A stretch of 64,000 bases of DNA from an uncultured Thiomicrospira sp. (lineage in GTDB: Bacteria > Pseudomonadota > Gammaproteobacteria > CAKMZV01): positions 1,824,001 to 1,888,000 of the forward strand of contig OZ239628.1 in the NCBI GenBank assembly GCA_965195345.1. Reading direction: 5' to 3'. The notes below the pieces were generated by a model. That model made no database searches. It was not told the origin of the DNA and worked only from the letters and a program-made list of their open reading frames with translations. Every line of letters starts with the position of its first letter. Positions within the stretch are counted from its first letter, which is position 1. This document shows positions 20,442 through 31,162 of the stretch, piece after piece. Both the position numbers and the translations under genes were made by a program.

Positions 20442-21732
20442 TACCAGCGAGTGGAATTTTTGCCATTGCTGCCGCCTCAACAGTAAGCGCTGCCATATCT
20501 TCAGGTTCTAAATTGTGAACATCACTTTTCCCACAGGCACGGGCCAATGTTTGCACTTCTAAAGATAAACTGCTCAAATAGTTCGCAATACGCCTGCCAC
20601 CCATAACGGGATCCAATGATTTTGCTAATTTCGGATCTTGCGTAGTAATTCCCGCAGGATCATTGCCCGCTTGATATTCATAATAATAACCAGCACTGGA
20701 ACCCAATTTATTATATTCAGCTTCCAAAGCTGGATTGTTATCACCCAAAGCAATCAATGCCGCTGTGCCAATCGAAACAGCATCCGCTCCCATGGCAAGT
20801 GCCTTGGCAACATCTGCGCCAGATCGAATGCCACCAGAAACAATAAGTTGTACTTTTCGATGCATTCCTAATTCTTGCAACGCTTCAACCGCTTGACGTA
20901 CAGCTGGCAATGTCGGAATGCCAACGTGCTCAATGAATACATCCTGCGTTGCAGCTGTACCACCCTGCATACCATCAACCACCACCACATCAGCACCTGC
21001 TTTCACTGCAAGCGCGGTATCGTAATATGTACGAGCAGCACCAACTTTAATATAGATGGGTTTTTCCCAATTAGTGATTTCGCGCAATTCGGTAATTTTA
21101 ATTTCTAAGTCGTCCGGTCCTGTCCAATCAGGATGCCTACAAGCACTCCGTTGATCAATATTTTCAGGTAACTGACGCATAGATGCCACACGTTCATTTA
21201 TTTTTTGCCCAAGCAACATACCTCCACCACCGGGTTTGGCACCTTGTCCAACGACCACTTCAATGGCATCTGCCTTGCGTAAGTCATCGGGATTCATCCC
21301 GTAACGTGAAGGTAGGTACTGATAAACCAACAATGACGAATGCTCTCTCTCTTCAGGAGTCATACCTCCATCGCCTGTTGTGGTTGAAGTGCCCGCCTCG
21401 CTTGCCCCTCTACCCAAAGATTCTTTTGCTTGAGCAGAAAGTGAACCAAAGCTCATTCCAGCTATGGTTATGGGAATTTTCAATTCCAGTGGTTTTTTTG
21501 CATAACGCGTGCCTAATGTAACACTGGTGTCACAACTCTCACGATATCCCTCCAACGGATAACGAGACATGCTTGCACCTAAAAAAATCAAATCGTCAAA
21601 ATTTGGCAACGTGCGTTTTGCACCACCTCCACGAATTGAATATATCCCTTCATTTGCAGCTCGTTGGATTTCTCGGATAACGTCTTTACTGAATGTATGC
21701 GATTCGCGCAACCATGATAGATCTTGTGTCAC
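20410..21732 (-). CDS. glxD: FMN-binding glutamate-synthase-family protein GlxD (N-methylglutamate synthase subunit C, MgsC)
   Basis: SRYPLEGYRE, AGMSFGSLS, GQGAKPGGGG, RHPDWTGPDDL, DGMQGGTAAT, PLAGTSWIPG. Confidence 0.92.
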   Translation of the reverse strand: MTQDLSWLRESHTFSKDVIREIQRAANEGIYSIRGGGAKRTLPNFDDLIFLGASMSRYPLEGYRESCDTSVTLGTRYAKKPLELKIPITIAGMSFGSLSAQAKESLGRGASEAGTSTTTGDGGMTPEEREHSSLLVYQYLPSRYGMNPDDLRKADAIEVVVGQGAKPGGGGMLLGQKINERVASMRQLPENIDQRSACRHPDWTGPDDLEIKITELREITNWEKPIYIKVGAARTYYDTALAVKAGADVVVVDGMQGGTAATQDVFIEHVGIPTLPAVRQAVEALQELGMHRKVQLIVSGGIRSGADVAKALAMGADAVSIGTAALIALGDNNPALEAEYNKLGSSAGYYYEYQAGNDPAGITTQDPKLAKSLDPVMGGRRIANYLSSLSLEVQTLARACGKSDVHNLEPEDMAALTVEAAAMAKIPLAGTSWIPGQNSF

Positions 21733-21744
21733 TGTAACTTCCTC

Positions 21745-22416
21745 TTAATACGCATTATCTGTTTTAAAATGATAAAGCTTTCTGGCGGAACCATAACGCT
21801 TAAAATCACTCGGTTTTTTGTCATCAATACCTGCTGAATTTAGCAAGGATTGTAGCTGTTTAATATGTTCTTCTCGCATTTCCTTTTCTATGCAATCGGC
21901 TCCCAAAGATTTTGGTGTACCTGCCAAATAAATACGTGTTTCATAAATGGAATCACCTAATGCGTTTCCTGCATCACCGCAAATAACCAAACATCCTTTT
22001 TGAGCCATGAACGCGGACATATGCCCTACTGACCCGCGCACTACAATGTCCACGCCTTTCATGGAAATGCCACAACGCGATGAGGCATCACCATCAATCA
22101 CTACTAATCCTCCATGGGCGGTTGCGCCACAATATTGTGAAGCATTGCCTGTCACATGCACTTTTCCCGACATCATATTCTCTGCAAGTCCGGGTCCTGC
22201 ATTACCATTAATGCGAATATTGCTATGTTGATTCATACCCGCGCAATAATAACCAACGTGACCGTGTATTGTAAGTTCAATCTTAGACGTTAATCCCACC
22301 GCTATGTTATGCTTTCCTTTGGAATTTTCAATAGATGCTGTTGTTGCCGATGACGCTTTTTGCAATGCCGCGTTAACTTCTCGCAATGTTTGTGTATTAA
22401 GATCAAACGTAGTCAT
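21745..22416 (-). CDS. glxC: GXGXG-domain protein GlxC (MgsB)
   Basis: GHVGYYCAGMN, AENMMSG, RCGISMKG, FKRYGSARKLYHF; ATGA overlap with glxB. Confidence 0.92.
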   Translation of the reverse strand: MTTFDLNTQTLREVNAALQKASSATTASIENSKGKHNIAVGLTSKIELTIHGHVGYYCAGMNQHSNIRINGNAGPGLAENMMSGKVHVTGNASQYCGATAHGGLVVIDGDASSRCGISMKGVDIVVRGSVGHMSAFMAQKGCLVICGDAGNALGDSIYETRIYLAGTPKSLGADCIEKEMREEHIKQLQSLLNSAGIDDKKPSDFKRYGSARKLYHFKTDNAY

Positions 22417-23333
22417 TTCGAATTCTCCATACTCCATGAATAAATGAGTCCAGGTTCTGGCTCCCAAATGGTAGCGTTTTCATAGCCTGGTAACGTTGAA
22501 ATAGCCCTAAATTCTGACGACATCGCCACCCAATCATCATTTTCTGCCAGTATCGCTGGTTTACAGCCAATTGGATCGCGCATAACAGCAAAGCCATCAC
22601 GTGTACCAATAGCAAAGGTATAGAAACCATCCAAATCATCTTGAGCGCGCATCATTGCCTCATTCAAACTATCCCCTTTTTGCAACCGCCAGTTAAAGTA
22701 CGCTGAGGCTACTTCGCTATCGTTATCTGTGACAATGGGAATATCGTATTCAAGCAACTTACGTCGCCAAATATTGTGATTTGACAAAGAGCCGTTATGT
22801 ACCAAACAAATGTCATTACCCGTAGAGAATGGATGAGAATGCGCGGTGGTTACCGCACTTTCTGTCGCCATACGCGTGTGTCCTAATGCGTGTGTGCCGG
22901 TGTTTTGGCGCAATTGAAAGCGTTCAATCACATCGACAGGCAATCCTTTTTCTTTATAAATTTCAATCAAATTTCCACTGCTATTGATAATGCATTGAGG
23001 GTAGTTATTTTGAAACCAATCTTCAACGATGTCTCTATTGGCTTGCAATGATATCAATGCGTGTGAGTCTTTTATTTTGAATGAAACATTTGCACCAAAT
23101 GTCGATAAAAATTCTCGTTCAACATGTGTCCAATCAATAGCCTGATCGCCTCCACTGGCGCTATCAAGCACTGTGCACTTTATATAATCGGATGAAACTG
23201 GATCATGATACACAGCAAAACCAGCGCTATCGGGTCCTCTTTCAGTCATCTCTAACAGCATATCAGCAAGATAATGCCCAAGCTTTCCATGCAAAGCCTC
23301 ATTTTTTAAAAATAAACCAACAATGCCACACAT
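22413..23333 (-). CDS. glxB: Class II glutamine amidotransferase GlxB (MgsA)
   Basis: Ntn start MCGIVG, RGPDSAG, GHTRMATES, HNGSLSNHN. Confidence 0.92.
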   Translation of the reverse strand: MCGIVGLFLKNEALHGKLGHYLADMLLEMTERGPDSAGFAVYHDPVSSDYIKCTVLDSASGGDQAIDWTHVEREFLSTFGANVSFKIKDSHALISLQANRDIVEDWFQNNYPQCIINSSGNLIEIYKEKGLPVDVIERFQLRQNTGTHALGHTRMATESAVTTAHSHPFSTGNDICLVHNGSLSNHNIWRRKLLEYDIPIVTDNDSEVASAYFNWRLQKGDSLNEAMMRAQDDLDGFYTFAIGTRDGFAVMRDPIGCKPAILAENDDWVAMSSEFRAISTLPGYENATIWEPEPGLIYSWSMENSK

Positions 23334-23376
23334 TGCACTCTCCCTAATTAAAATTGCTAGTGAAGTTAATTGAGGG

Positions 23377-23409
23377 CACATTGTCAATGCCAATGTGTAT
23401 CCGTGTCAA
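23377..23409 (-). promoter_or_regulatory. Candidate glxBCD promoter (TTGACA-N18-GACAAT) overlapped by inverted repeat CACATTG-N7-CAATGTG
   Basis: Minus-strand TTGACA at 23409-23404 and GACAAT at 23385-23380; inverted repeat at 23377-23383 and 23391-23397. Confidence 0.45.
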
Positions 23410-23609
23410 TACGTATAGAGAAATAAAATATAGGCTATGTTTGCGTACTTTTAAATCTATCGATACCCAGATCGTTTCATGCTTCTTTATATATGGGCGT
23501 GCGCTGGTGTAAAAAAGTAACTTTCTTAACGATTAGGAGTAAAATTCACAACTCTAAATCGTAGTTTTAAATCAATGTGCCCATTGTGCATTCTGATACT
23601 GGAGGTATC

Positions 23610-25100
23610 GTGGAAAAAGTTAAATTATTATTGGAAGGTCAGTTTGTAGAAAGCAGTTCTAATGAATGGTTCCCTGTTTTAAATCCAGCAAACCAAGAAA
23701 TAATTGCCAAGTATCCTAATGCTACCAGCAATGAAGTTAATCGTGCAATTGCTTCTGCAAAGAAAGCATTTATAAAATGGCGTGAAAAACCAGCACCAAC
23801 GCGCGCACGCACGATGCTTGCATACCAACATTTACTCAAGCAAGAGCAAAAAAATATAGCCAAAATTCTATCTCGTGAAACGGGAAAAACACACGAAGAC
23901 GCTATGGGTGAAATCTGGCGTGGTATAGAAGTTGTTGAACACGCTGCGAACGTTTGCTCTCTCATGATGGGCGAGACGGTTGAAAATGTCGCGAATAGGG
24001 TCAATTCTTACAGTTACGTTCAACCACTTGGTGTCTGCGCGGGCATCACCCCTTTTAATTTCCCTGCAATGATTCCTTTATGGATGTTTCCAATGGCTAT
24101 TGTTACGGGGAATACCTTTATTCTCAAACCTTCAGAACAAGACCCTCTAACTCCGATGTTCTTGGCAGAGTTGCTTCTTGAAGCTGGTGTGGATGCTGAC
24201 GTAATGCAAATAGTCCATGGTGGAAAAGACCAAGTCAATCAAATCCTTGAACATCCTGATGTTAATGCTATTTCCTTCGTTGGTTCTACAGCGGTTGGCA
24301 AACACATCTATACGAGCGGTTGTGCGAATGGCAAACGTGTACAAGCGCTTTGTGGTGCAAAAAATCACTTAGTCGCCATGCCCGATGCGGATAAAAATCA
24401 AGTCATCAATAATTTAGTTGGCGCTTCAGTAGGCGCAGCGGGTCAGCGTTGTATGGCAATAAGTGTTGCCGTTTTTGTCGGTGACAGCAAAGAATGGATA
24501 CCTGATTTAGCCAAAGCCATGGCAAAGATAAAGCCAGGATTGAGCGATGACCCTGAAGCAGGATACGGTCCTCTTATAAACAAAACAGCTAAGGAACGTG
24601 TTCTCAATTTGATCGCTTCAGGCAAAGAACAAGGCGCTGAATGTATGCTCGATGGTTCCAATTTTATCCTTGACAAATCACCTGAAGGCAATTGGGTTGG
24701 ACCCACTCTATTTAACAATGTTTCAACCGATATGCGCATTTATCAAGAAGAAATTTTCGGTCCCGTTCTATGTTGTATGCAAGTGGACACCTTAGAAGAA
24801 GCTATTGCACTAATCAATAGTAATAGCAATGGTAACGGGACATCAATCTTTACAGCCAGTGGAGCAGCTGCCGCAAAGTTTGAACACGAAATTCTTGTGG
24901 GCAATGTTGGCATCAACATTCCCATTCCTGTCCCATTACCTTTTTTCCATTTTTCGGGTTGGCGTGGTTCTTTTTTTGGAGACTTACATGCTTATGGCAA
25001 GCAGGCTGTACGTTTCTATACCGAAACGAAAACGGTTACTGCACGATGGTTTGATGACAAATCAAGCAGTGCTGTCAACACTACTATCACTTTGAAATAA
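23610..25100 (+). CDS. mmsA: CoA-acylating methylmalonate-semialdehyde dehydrogenase
   Basis: [47 protein letters not shown] start behind GGAGG. Confidence 0.95.
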   Translation: MEKVKLLLEGQFVESSSNEWFPVLNPANQEIIAKYPNATSNEVNRAIASAKKAFIKWREKPAPTRARTMLAYQHLLKQEQKNIAKILSRETGKTHEDAMGEIWRGIEVVEHAANVCSLMMGETVENVANRVNSYSYVQPLGVCAGITPFNFPAMIPLWMFPMAIVTGNTFILKPSEQDPLTPMFLAELLLEAGVDADVMQIVHGGKDQVNQILEHPDVNAISFVGSTAVGKHIYTSGCANGKRVQALCGAKNHLVAMPDADKNQVINNLVGASVGAAGQRCMAISVAVFVGDSKEWIPDLAKAMAKIKPGLSDDPEAGYGPLINKTAKERVLNLIASGKEQGAECMLDGSNFILDKSPEGNWVGPTLFNNVSTDMRIYQEEIFGPVLCCMQVDTLEEAIALINSNSNGNGTSIFTASGAAAAKFEHEILVGNVGINIPIPVPLPFFHFSGWRGSFFGDLHAYGKQAVRFYTETKTVTARWFDDKSSSAVNTTITLK

Positions 25101-25176
25101 TCATGGATGATTGATTACTACCAAAGTCTTTTGAGTCCGTTGTGCAAATCACCTTGAATAATCGCAGGAAACAGTA

Positions 25177-26355
25177 ATGGATTTTTCATACACAAACGAA
25201 CAATTATTAACTCAGAAAACGGCGCGTGATTTTGCCAATACTGAACTGGCGGCCAATGCCAAGCCGTTAGATAATGATAAAAACGCGCATATATACAATG
25301 AAAATATACAAAAACTCAGCAAATTAGGGTTTATGGGCATGCTGGTTGATGAGGAATATCATGGTTCACAGGCGGGCACCGTTGCTTATACGCTTGCAAT
25401 CACTGAAATTGCGCGCCACTGTGCTGCCACGGCTGTGGGTGTATCCATTAACAATCTGATTAGTAGCCTTCTGTTTACCTTTGGCACAGAACAGCAAAAA
25501 GAAAAATACCTTAAACCATTGTGTCTTGGGGAAAAATTGAACGCTGGTTTTTGCCTTACTGAATCCAGTGCAGGTTCAAATCCCGCGCAAATGAAAACAA
25601 GTGCCCAATTGATCAAAAAAAACAATAAGCAGCAATGGCAATTAAATGGATCAAAGCAATGGATTACTAACGGAAATATTTCTGATTTCTACATTGTGTG
25701 GGCGCGATCCGATTCAGAAGCTGAAGAAGGAAAAGGGATTACTTGTTTCATCGTCGATAGAGATACCGAGGGTCTTGAGGTAGGTCCTAATGAAGATAAG
25801 ATGGGACAGCGTGGCAACCCCACTAATACGATTTTTTTCAACAACTGTTTAATACCGCAGGAAAATATTATTGGTTCGGTACATGAGGGCTATAAATACG
25901 CTATAGGGGGGTTGGTTGGTGGTCGTTTAGGGATAGCGGCACTGGCTCTTGGCGTGGCTAGCGAAGCGCTTGATTTTTCAACTCGATATATGCTTGAGCG
26001 CGAACAAGGCGGGAAAAAAATTGCTTACCATCAGGGTTTGCAATGGATGTTGTCTGATGCATGGACTGATTTAGAAGCGGGGCGTTTACTATTGCATCAG
26101 GCTGCGTGGCTGAAAGATAATGATATGCCTTATACAAAGCAAGCAAGCATGGCGAAGCTATATTGCAGTGACAAAGGCAACAAAATCTGCTACAACGCCT
26201 TGCAACTAACAGGCGGTTACGGATTCACCAAAGATTTTCCTTTAGAAAGATATTGCCGTGATATACGGGTTACGTCAATCTATGAAGGGACAAGTGAAAT
26301 TCAAAAGCTGATAATCAGTCGCTGTATACTACAAGAGTTCAATGCAAATCTGTAA
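25177..26355 (+). CDS. Acyl-CoA dehydrogenase (short/branched-chain type)
   Basis: FCLTESSAGSN, LNGSKQWITN, EDKMGQRG, IYEGTSEIQ. Confidence 0.93.
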   Translation: MDFSYTNEQLLTQKTARDFANTELAANAKPLDNDKNAHIYNENIQKLSKLGFMGMLVDEEYHGSQAGTVAYTLAITEIARHCAATAVGVSINNLISSLLFTFGTEQQKEKYLKPLCLGEKLNAGFCLTESSAGSNPAQMKTSAQLIKKNNKQQWQLNGSKQWITNGNISDFYIVWARSDSEAEEGKGITCFIVDRDTEGLEVGPNEDKMGQRGNPTNTIFFNNCLIPQENIIGSVHEGYKYAIGGLVGGRLGIAALALGVASEALDFSTRYMLEREQGGKKIAYHQGLQWMLSDAWTDLEAGRLLLHQAAWLKDNDMPYTKQASMAKLYCSDKGNKICYNALQLTGGYGFTKDFPLERYCRDIRVTSIYEGTSEIQKLIISRCILQEFNANL

Positions 26356-26469
26356 ATCTATGAGTAATGATGACAAAGTAAACATGGATAATATTGTCAA
26401 CCACTGTGTTGTTAAAAAGCAATCACATGACAATGGCAAATACCTTAAATTCTGAAGAGCTAACATAAA

Positions 26470-27645
26470 ATGAATACCGATATATTAGCAGCCAAACGTA
26501 CTCCAAGTGGCAATTTTCAAGGAGCATTATCGACTCTACAAGCGTATCAGTTAGGATCAATTGCAATAAAAGGAGCACTTGAACAATTAGCTATTAACCT
26601 CAATGCTATCGATGAAGCTATTATGGGATGTGTCCTACAAGCAGGTCAAGGTCAAGCGCCCACTCGTCAAGCAGCATTAGGTGCGCACTTACCCAACGCT
26701 CTTCCATGCACAACCGTCAATAAAATGTGTGGTTCTGGAATGCGGGCAATGATGATGATACACGATATGATTATTGCAGGCAGTATAAAAACTGGTATTG
26801 CTGGAGGCATGGAGAGCATGAGCAATGCCCCCTATTTACTACAAAAAGCACGAAGCGGAATGCGCTTGGGTCACGGTGAAATTATAGACCACATGTTTAA
26901 AGATGGACTGGAAGACGCCTTTGAAAACTTATTGATGGGGTGTTATGCTCAACAAACGGCTGATCAATTCAACATTTCTCGCAAAGAAATGGATGATTTT
27001 GCCATTTCCTCGCTAAAAAAAGCCCAACTTGCTCAACAAAATGGATACGATAAGGATGAAATATCTACGGTTAAAATAACTTCTTCAAAGGGTGAGAATA
27101 TCATCCAACATGACGAACAGCCTAACACTGCTAAAATCGATAAGATTCCTACGTTGCGCCCCGTTTTCACAAAGGATGGTAGCGTAACCGCTGCAAACTC
27201 CAGCTCCATATCCGATGGTGCATCGGCTTTGATTTTGGCGCATCCTGAGTTCACAGCAGAACAAGGCTTAACCCCAATCGCTCAAATCATAGCGCATACT
27301 TCACACGCCCAACTGCCTGCTGAATTTACCATTGCTCCAATTGGTGCGATTGAAAAACTTTTAGATAAAGTGCATTGGACGATAAGTGATGTTGACCTGT
27401 TTGAAATAAATGAAGCCTTTGCGGTCGTTACGTTGGCAACGGTTCAATCATTGAAGATTCCTATGGAAAAAGTAAATATTTCTGGTGGAGCCTGTGCTGT
27501 GGGTCATCCGATTGGTTCCAGTGCTTCACGTATCTGTGTCACTTTAATCTATAATCTGAAACGCCTTGGATTGCAAAAGGGCATTGCTGCCGTATGCATT
27601 GGAGGCGGTGAAGCAACAGCCATTGCTATTGAGATTGTCAATTAA
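26470..27645 (+). CDS. Acetyl-CoA C-acyltransferase (thiolase)
   Basis: NKMCGSG, EINEAF, GHPIG, VCIGGG. Confidence 0.95.
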   Translation: MNTDILAAKRTPSGNFQGALSTLQAYQLGSIAIKGALEQLAINLNAIDEAIMGCVLQAGQGQAPTRQAALGAHLPNALPCTTVNKMCGSGMRAMMMIHDMIIAGSIKTGIAGGMESMSNAPYLLQKARSGMRLGHGEIIDHMFKDGLEDAFENLLMGCYAQQTADQFNISRKEMDDFAISSLKKAQLAQQNGYDKDEISTVKITSSKGENIIQHDEQPNTAKIDKIPTLRPVFTKDGSVTAANSSSISDGASALILAHPEFTAEQGLTPIAQIIAHTSHAQLPAEFTIAPIGAIEKLLDKVHWTISDVDLFEINEAFAVVTLATVQSLKIPMEKVNISGGACAVGHPIGSSASRICVTLIYNLKRLGLQKGIAAVCIGGGEATAIAIEIVN

Positions 27646-27693
27646 CTGCTTTGTGATGGAAAATGACTATATCAATGGTGCGTACCTAGAATA

Positions 27694-27727
27694 GTAGGCG
27701 GATTGCGTTTATAGACGCACCCTCCTA
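27694..27727. repeat. GTAG-initiated imperfect hairpin (REP-like or terminator)
   Basis: gtaggcggattgcgtttatagacgcaccctccta contains a tgcgtt/gacgca inner stem and a tagg/ccta outer stem. Confidence 0.35.
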
Positions 27728-27792
27728 TAATAAACAAACCGAACAAAACCATTTAAACAAACGCACTTCACATATCTAACAACATTACCTTT

Positions 27793-28761
27793 ATGAACCT
27801 CTCTATCATGGAAAATTTCAGTTTTAGCACTTTTGTCTTTATTTTATTTATTGTCATTTTAATTCTTCTTCTTAGGGGTATTAAAATCGTCCCTCAAGCT
27901 GAAAAATGGGTCATTGAAAGGTTAGGAAGTTACAACCGCACGTTAGAAGGTGGATTAAATTATGTCGTTCCTATCCTTGATTCCATTCGAGCGCGCTTTA
28001 TGACGCAAGAACAAGTTATTGACATACCTACTCAGCAAGTAATCACGAGAGATAATGTGTCGATCACCATTGATGGTTTGGTATTTATCCGCGTCACAGA
28101 TGCACAAAAAACCGTGTATGGAATTCTTGATATGCGTCATGCTGTTGCTCAGTTGGCTCAAACAACGTTACGATCGGAAATTGGAAAAATGGATTTGGAT
28201 GATTCGCTATCGTCACGCGATTTACTTAATTCTGCACTGTTGAGTGCGTTGGATCTCGCGGCTGGGGGATGGGGTGTCAAAGTTACTCGGGTTGAGATTT
28301 CAGATATTGATGTCTCGTCAGAAGTTAAAAAGGCAATGGAATTACAATTGCGCGCCGAACGCGAAAGAAGAGCAACTGAAAGCCGTGCAGAAGGTGATAA
28401 AAATGCAGCCATCGCCCAAGCAGAAGGCGATCGTCAACGAGTTTATAAAGAAGCCGAAGCAATAGAACGAACAGCAGATGCAAAAAAATACGAACAAATA
28501 CAATTAGCAACTGGTCAAAAAGAAGCAATGGAAATGATCAGCTCCGTAATGCAGAACAACCCTCAAGCAGCTGAATTTTTACTCGCAAAGGATCGCATAA
28601 AAGCGTTTAATGATTTAGCAAATAACACCAACCAAGATAAAGTGATTGTCCCTTATGAAGCCAATGCTTTAGTTGGTGCTCTCAGCATTGTTACCGACTC
28701 AATCAAACAAATGACGCCGAAGAAAAAACCTACAATACCTACAGAGAATAACGATGAGTGA
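27793..28761 (+). CDS. SPFH/band-7 (stomatin-like, QmcA/YbbK-type) protein
   Basis: N-terminal TM, VIERLG, VITRDNV, AQTTLRSEIG, WGVKVTRVEI, AERERRA coiled coil. Confidence 0.92.
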   Translation: MNLSIMENFSFSTFVFILFIVILILLLRGIKIVPQAEKWVIERLGSYNRTLEGGLNYVVPILDSIRARFMTQEQVIDIPTQQVITRDNVSITIDGLVFIRVTDAQKTVYGILDMRHAVAQLAQTTLRSEIGKMDLDDSLSSRDLLNSALLSALDLAAGGWGVKVTRVEISDIDVSSEVKKAMELQLRAERERRATESRAEGDKNAAIAQAEGDRQRVYKEAEAIERTADAKKYEQIQLATGQKEAMEMISSVMQNNPQAAEFLLAKDRIKAFNDLANNTNQDKVIVPYEANALVGALSIVTDSIKQMTPKKKPTIPTENNDE

Positions 28762-29212
28762 GTTTTTCATTCCTGCCATTCCTGCTTGGTATCTTGTAGG
28801 CATTGGTTTAGTTATCATTGCTATAGAAGTGTTCTTTATTAACCTTTTTGTTATTTTTTGGTTTGGTCTTGCTACCATACTCATTGGGTTACTGGAACTT
28901 TTCATAAAGTTTGAGCGTGGAGAGTCCCAATTACTACTCATCGCACTCATTGGCAGTATCACGTTATTTCTGTATTTAAAACGGTACAAGCCTCAGCGAA
29001 AAACAAACCATAACATTGATAACTATTCAACTGGTGAGACCGGCGTAATCACCGAAACAGAAAATGGTTTAAAAGTTCAGTATAAAGGAACGCTTTGGGA
29101 TATTGCTCAACCGACCTCCTCATTCTTAAAATCTGGTGATTGCGTAACAATAACCGCACTAAAAGATAACAAGGCGACCATCCAAACATCTTCCATGAGT
29201 GATAGTAGTTAA
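28754..29212 (+). CDS. NfeD-family (YbbJ-like) membrane protein
   Basis: Three TM segments plus an OB-like C-terminus (VQYKGTLW); overlaps the SPFH gene as in the canonical pair. Confidence 0.85.
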   Translation: MSEFFIPAIPAWYLVGIGLVIIAIEVFFINLFVIFWFGLATILIGLLELFIKFERGESQLLLIALIGSITLFLYLKRYKPQRKTNHNIDNYSTGETGVITETENGLKVQYKGTLWDIAQPTSSFLKSGDCVTITALKDNKATIQTSSMSDSS

Positions 29213-29324
29213 TTGAGAGTAATTGAGCAATTCTATCTAGCCTAATATTGCAATTCTTTCGTTTGCCATTGTAAGTAAATATAATTTTCATTGAACAATC
29301 AATCACCTCAAACAATATCATTGA

Positions 29325-30110
29325 ATGCACCCAATTCTTGAAATAAAAAACGCCACTGTTTATCAAGGGGATACCTTAGTATTTAAGGATTTAAATCTCA
29401 CCATAGATGACCAGTATAACACCGTTATTCTTGGGCCGAATGGCGCAGGGAAGAGCACGTTACTAAAACTGCTAACTCGTGAAACTTACCCCGTTAAGAA
29501 ACCCGATACCCAAATTAATATCCTAGGAGAAAAGCAATGGAACATTTGGGATCTACGCGCACATATGGGCATTCTTTCAAGTCATCTACAGAGCGAGTAC
29601 TTGTTAAATGCACCAGCAAGAAACGTTATACTTTCTGGCTTCTATTCAAGCAACGACGTAAAAACGCATCACCACTTTAGTAAAAAGCAACAACTGCGCG
29701 TTGATGAGCTGATTGCATTCTTAGATATTGCGCCTCTGCTGGATCGGGTGTTTGGTGAGCTGTCCACTGGCGAACAACGGAAATTGCTCTTTGCTCGTGC
29801 TTTAGTACATAAACCAAAATTAATGGTGTTGGATGAACCAACCAGTGGTCTCGATATTTCAGCATGTTTTGAATATATCAAGATAATTCAGCGGCTTATA
29901 AAGTCAGGGACGAAGATTCTTTTGATTACTCATCATCTCCATGAAATCCCACCAGAAATTGAGCGGGTAATTCTTCTCAAAAAAGGCGAAATCGTCCAAG
30001 ACGGATTAAAAGAGAGCATTCTAACGACAGATAATCTAGCTTATATATTTGGCACTTCGCTGAGACTAACTGAAATAGAAGGCTTCTATCACGTCTCACC
30101 TACTAAATGA
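29325..30110 (+). CDS. ABC transporter ATP-binding protein (ModF/YlmA-like, stand-alone)
   Basis: GPNGAGKS, LSTGEQRK, LDEPTSGLD, THHLHEIPP. Confidence 0.9.
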   Translation: MHPILEIKNATVYQGDTLVFKDLNLTIDDQYNTVILGPNGAGKSTLLKLLTRETYPVKKPDTQINILGEKQWNIWDLRAHMGILSSHLQSEYLLNAPARNVILSGFYSSNDVKTHHHFSKKQQLRVDELIAFLDIAPLLDRVFGELSTGEQRKLLFARALVHKPKLMVLDEPTSGLDISACFEYIKIIQRLIKSGTKILLITHHLHEIPPEIERVILLKKGEIVQDGLKESILTTDNLAYIFGTSLRLTEIEGFYHVSPTK

Positions 30111-30296
30111 CCGACATAAAAGATTTTGATGAGCAAACATGTTTGAATTTTGTCTATTAGTTCCCCTCAAATACGCCGCGTAACCACCAAATTACAGAGA
30201 TGGAAAAACACGCATTTACATTTATACGCCTGTGGAAACAAAATTTTCAACTATTAAGCCCCCAATCATTGATTTTTCAAATACAATATATGATCA

Positions 30297-31148
30297 ATGA
30301 ACATTGATCATATGCGTGCCTTTCTTGAAATTGCAGCAACAGGTAGTTTCCAACTTGCTGCTGAGAAGCTTTTTGTTACCCAATCAACTATCAGCGCACG
30401 TATCAAAGTGCTTGAAGAACAACTCAACCGTCCTTTATTCATTCGAAAACGCAACGGTTCTGAATTAACCGCTGGTGGGCATCATTTTTATCGACACGCT
30501 TTAACTGCTGTACGTGCATGGGAGCGCGCGCAAAATGAAATTGCACTGCCTGAAGATTTAAAAGCAGTGATTAACTTAGGGATACAAATCAACCACCTTG
30601 AAAAAATCTCTGATCCTTGGCTAAAATGGATGAATAAAAATCATCCTGGTGTCGCTGCTAATATCATTTCTGATTACACTGGTCCATTGATGACGCGTTT
30701 ACGCGATGGGTTGCTTGATCTTGCGATTGTATATGACCCACAGCAACGGCCTGATTTAGTCATTGAACCATACATTCGTGAAGACTTAATATTAGTTAGC
30801 TCAACTCCAAGGAATCTGCACCCGCGCTCGATTGATGATTACGTATTTATAGATTGGGGTGAGTCTTTTCGTACACAGTACAATTTAGCATTTCCAAAAG
30901 CACCGTACCCTCGCCTAACTATTAGTACGGGTAGTGTGGGATTGAATCATATATTGCTTAATGGCGGATCAGGCTACTTTCTTGAGAGCACTGTCAGACC
31001 TATGATAGACACAGGGCAACTATTTCTTGTGGGAGACGCCCCTATTTTTCAACGCCCGACTTACCTGTTATATCAAAAAACACCTTTCGATGAAAAAATG
31101 ATTTCAGCATCCGTGACAGGTTTACGTGAAGCAATCACTGGTGCATGA
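30297..31148 (+). CDS. LysR-family transcriptional regulator
   Basis: GSFQLAAEKLFVTQSTISARIKVLEEQL HTH; LDLAI; YVFIDWG (HdfR-like). Confidence 0.93.
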   Translation: MNIDHMRAFLEIAATGSFQLAAEKLFVTQSTISARIKVLEEQLNRPLFIRKRNGSELTAGGHHFYRHALTAVRAWERAQNEIALPEDLKAVINLGIQINHLEKISDPWLKWMNKNHPGVAANIISDYTGPLMTRLRDGLLDLAIVYDPQQRPDLVIEPYIREDLILVSSTPRNLHPRSIDDYVFIDWGESFRTQYNLAFPKAPYPRLTISTGSVGLNHILLNGGSGYFLESTVRPMIDTGQLFLVGDAPIFQRPTYLLYQKTPFDEKMISASVTGLREAITGA

Positions 31149-31162
31149 CTGAAAAATCCACA

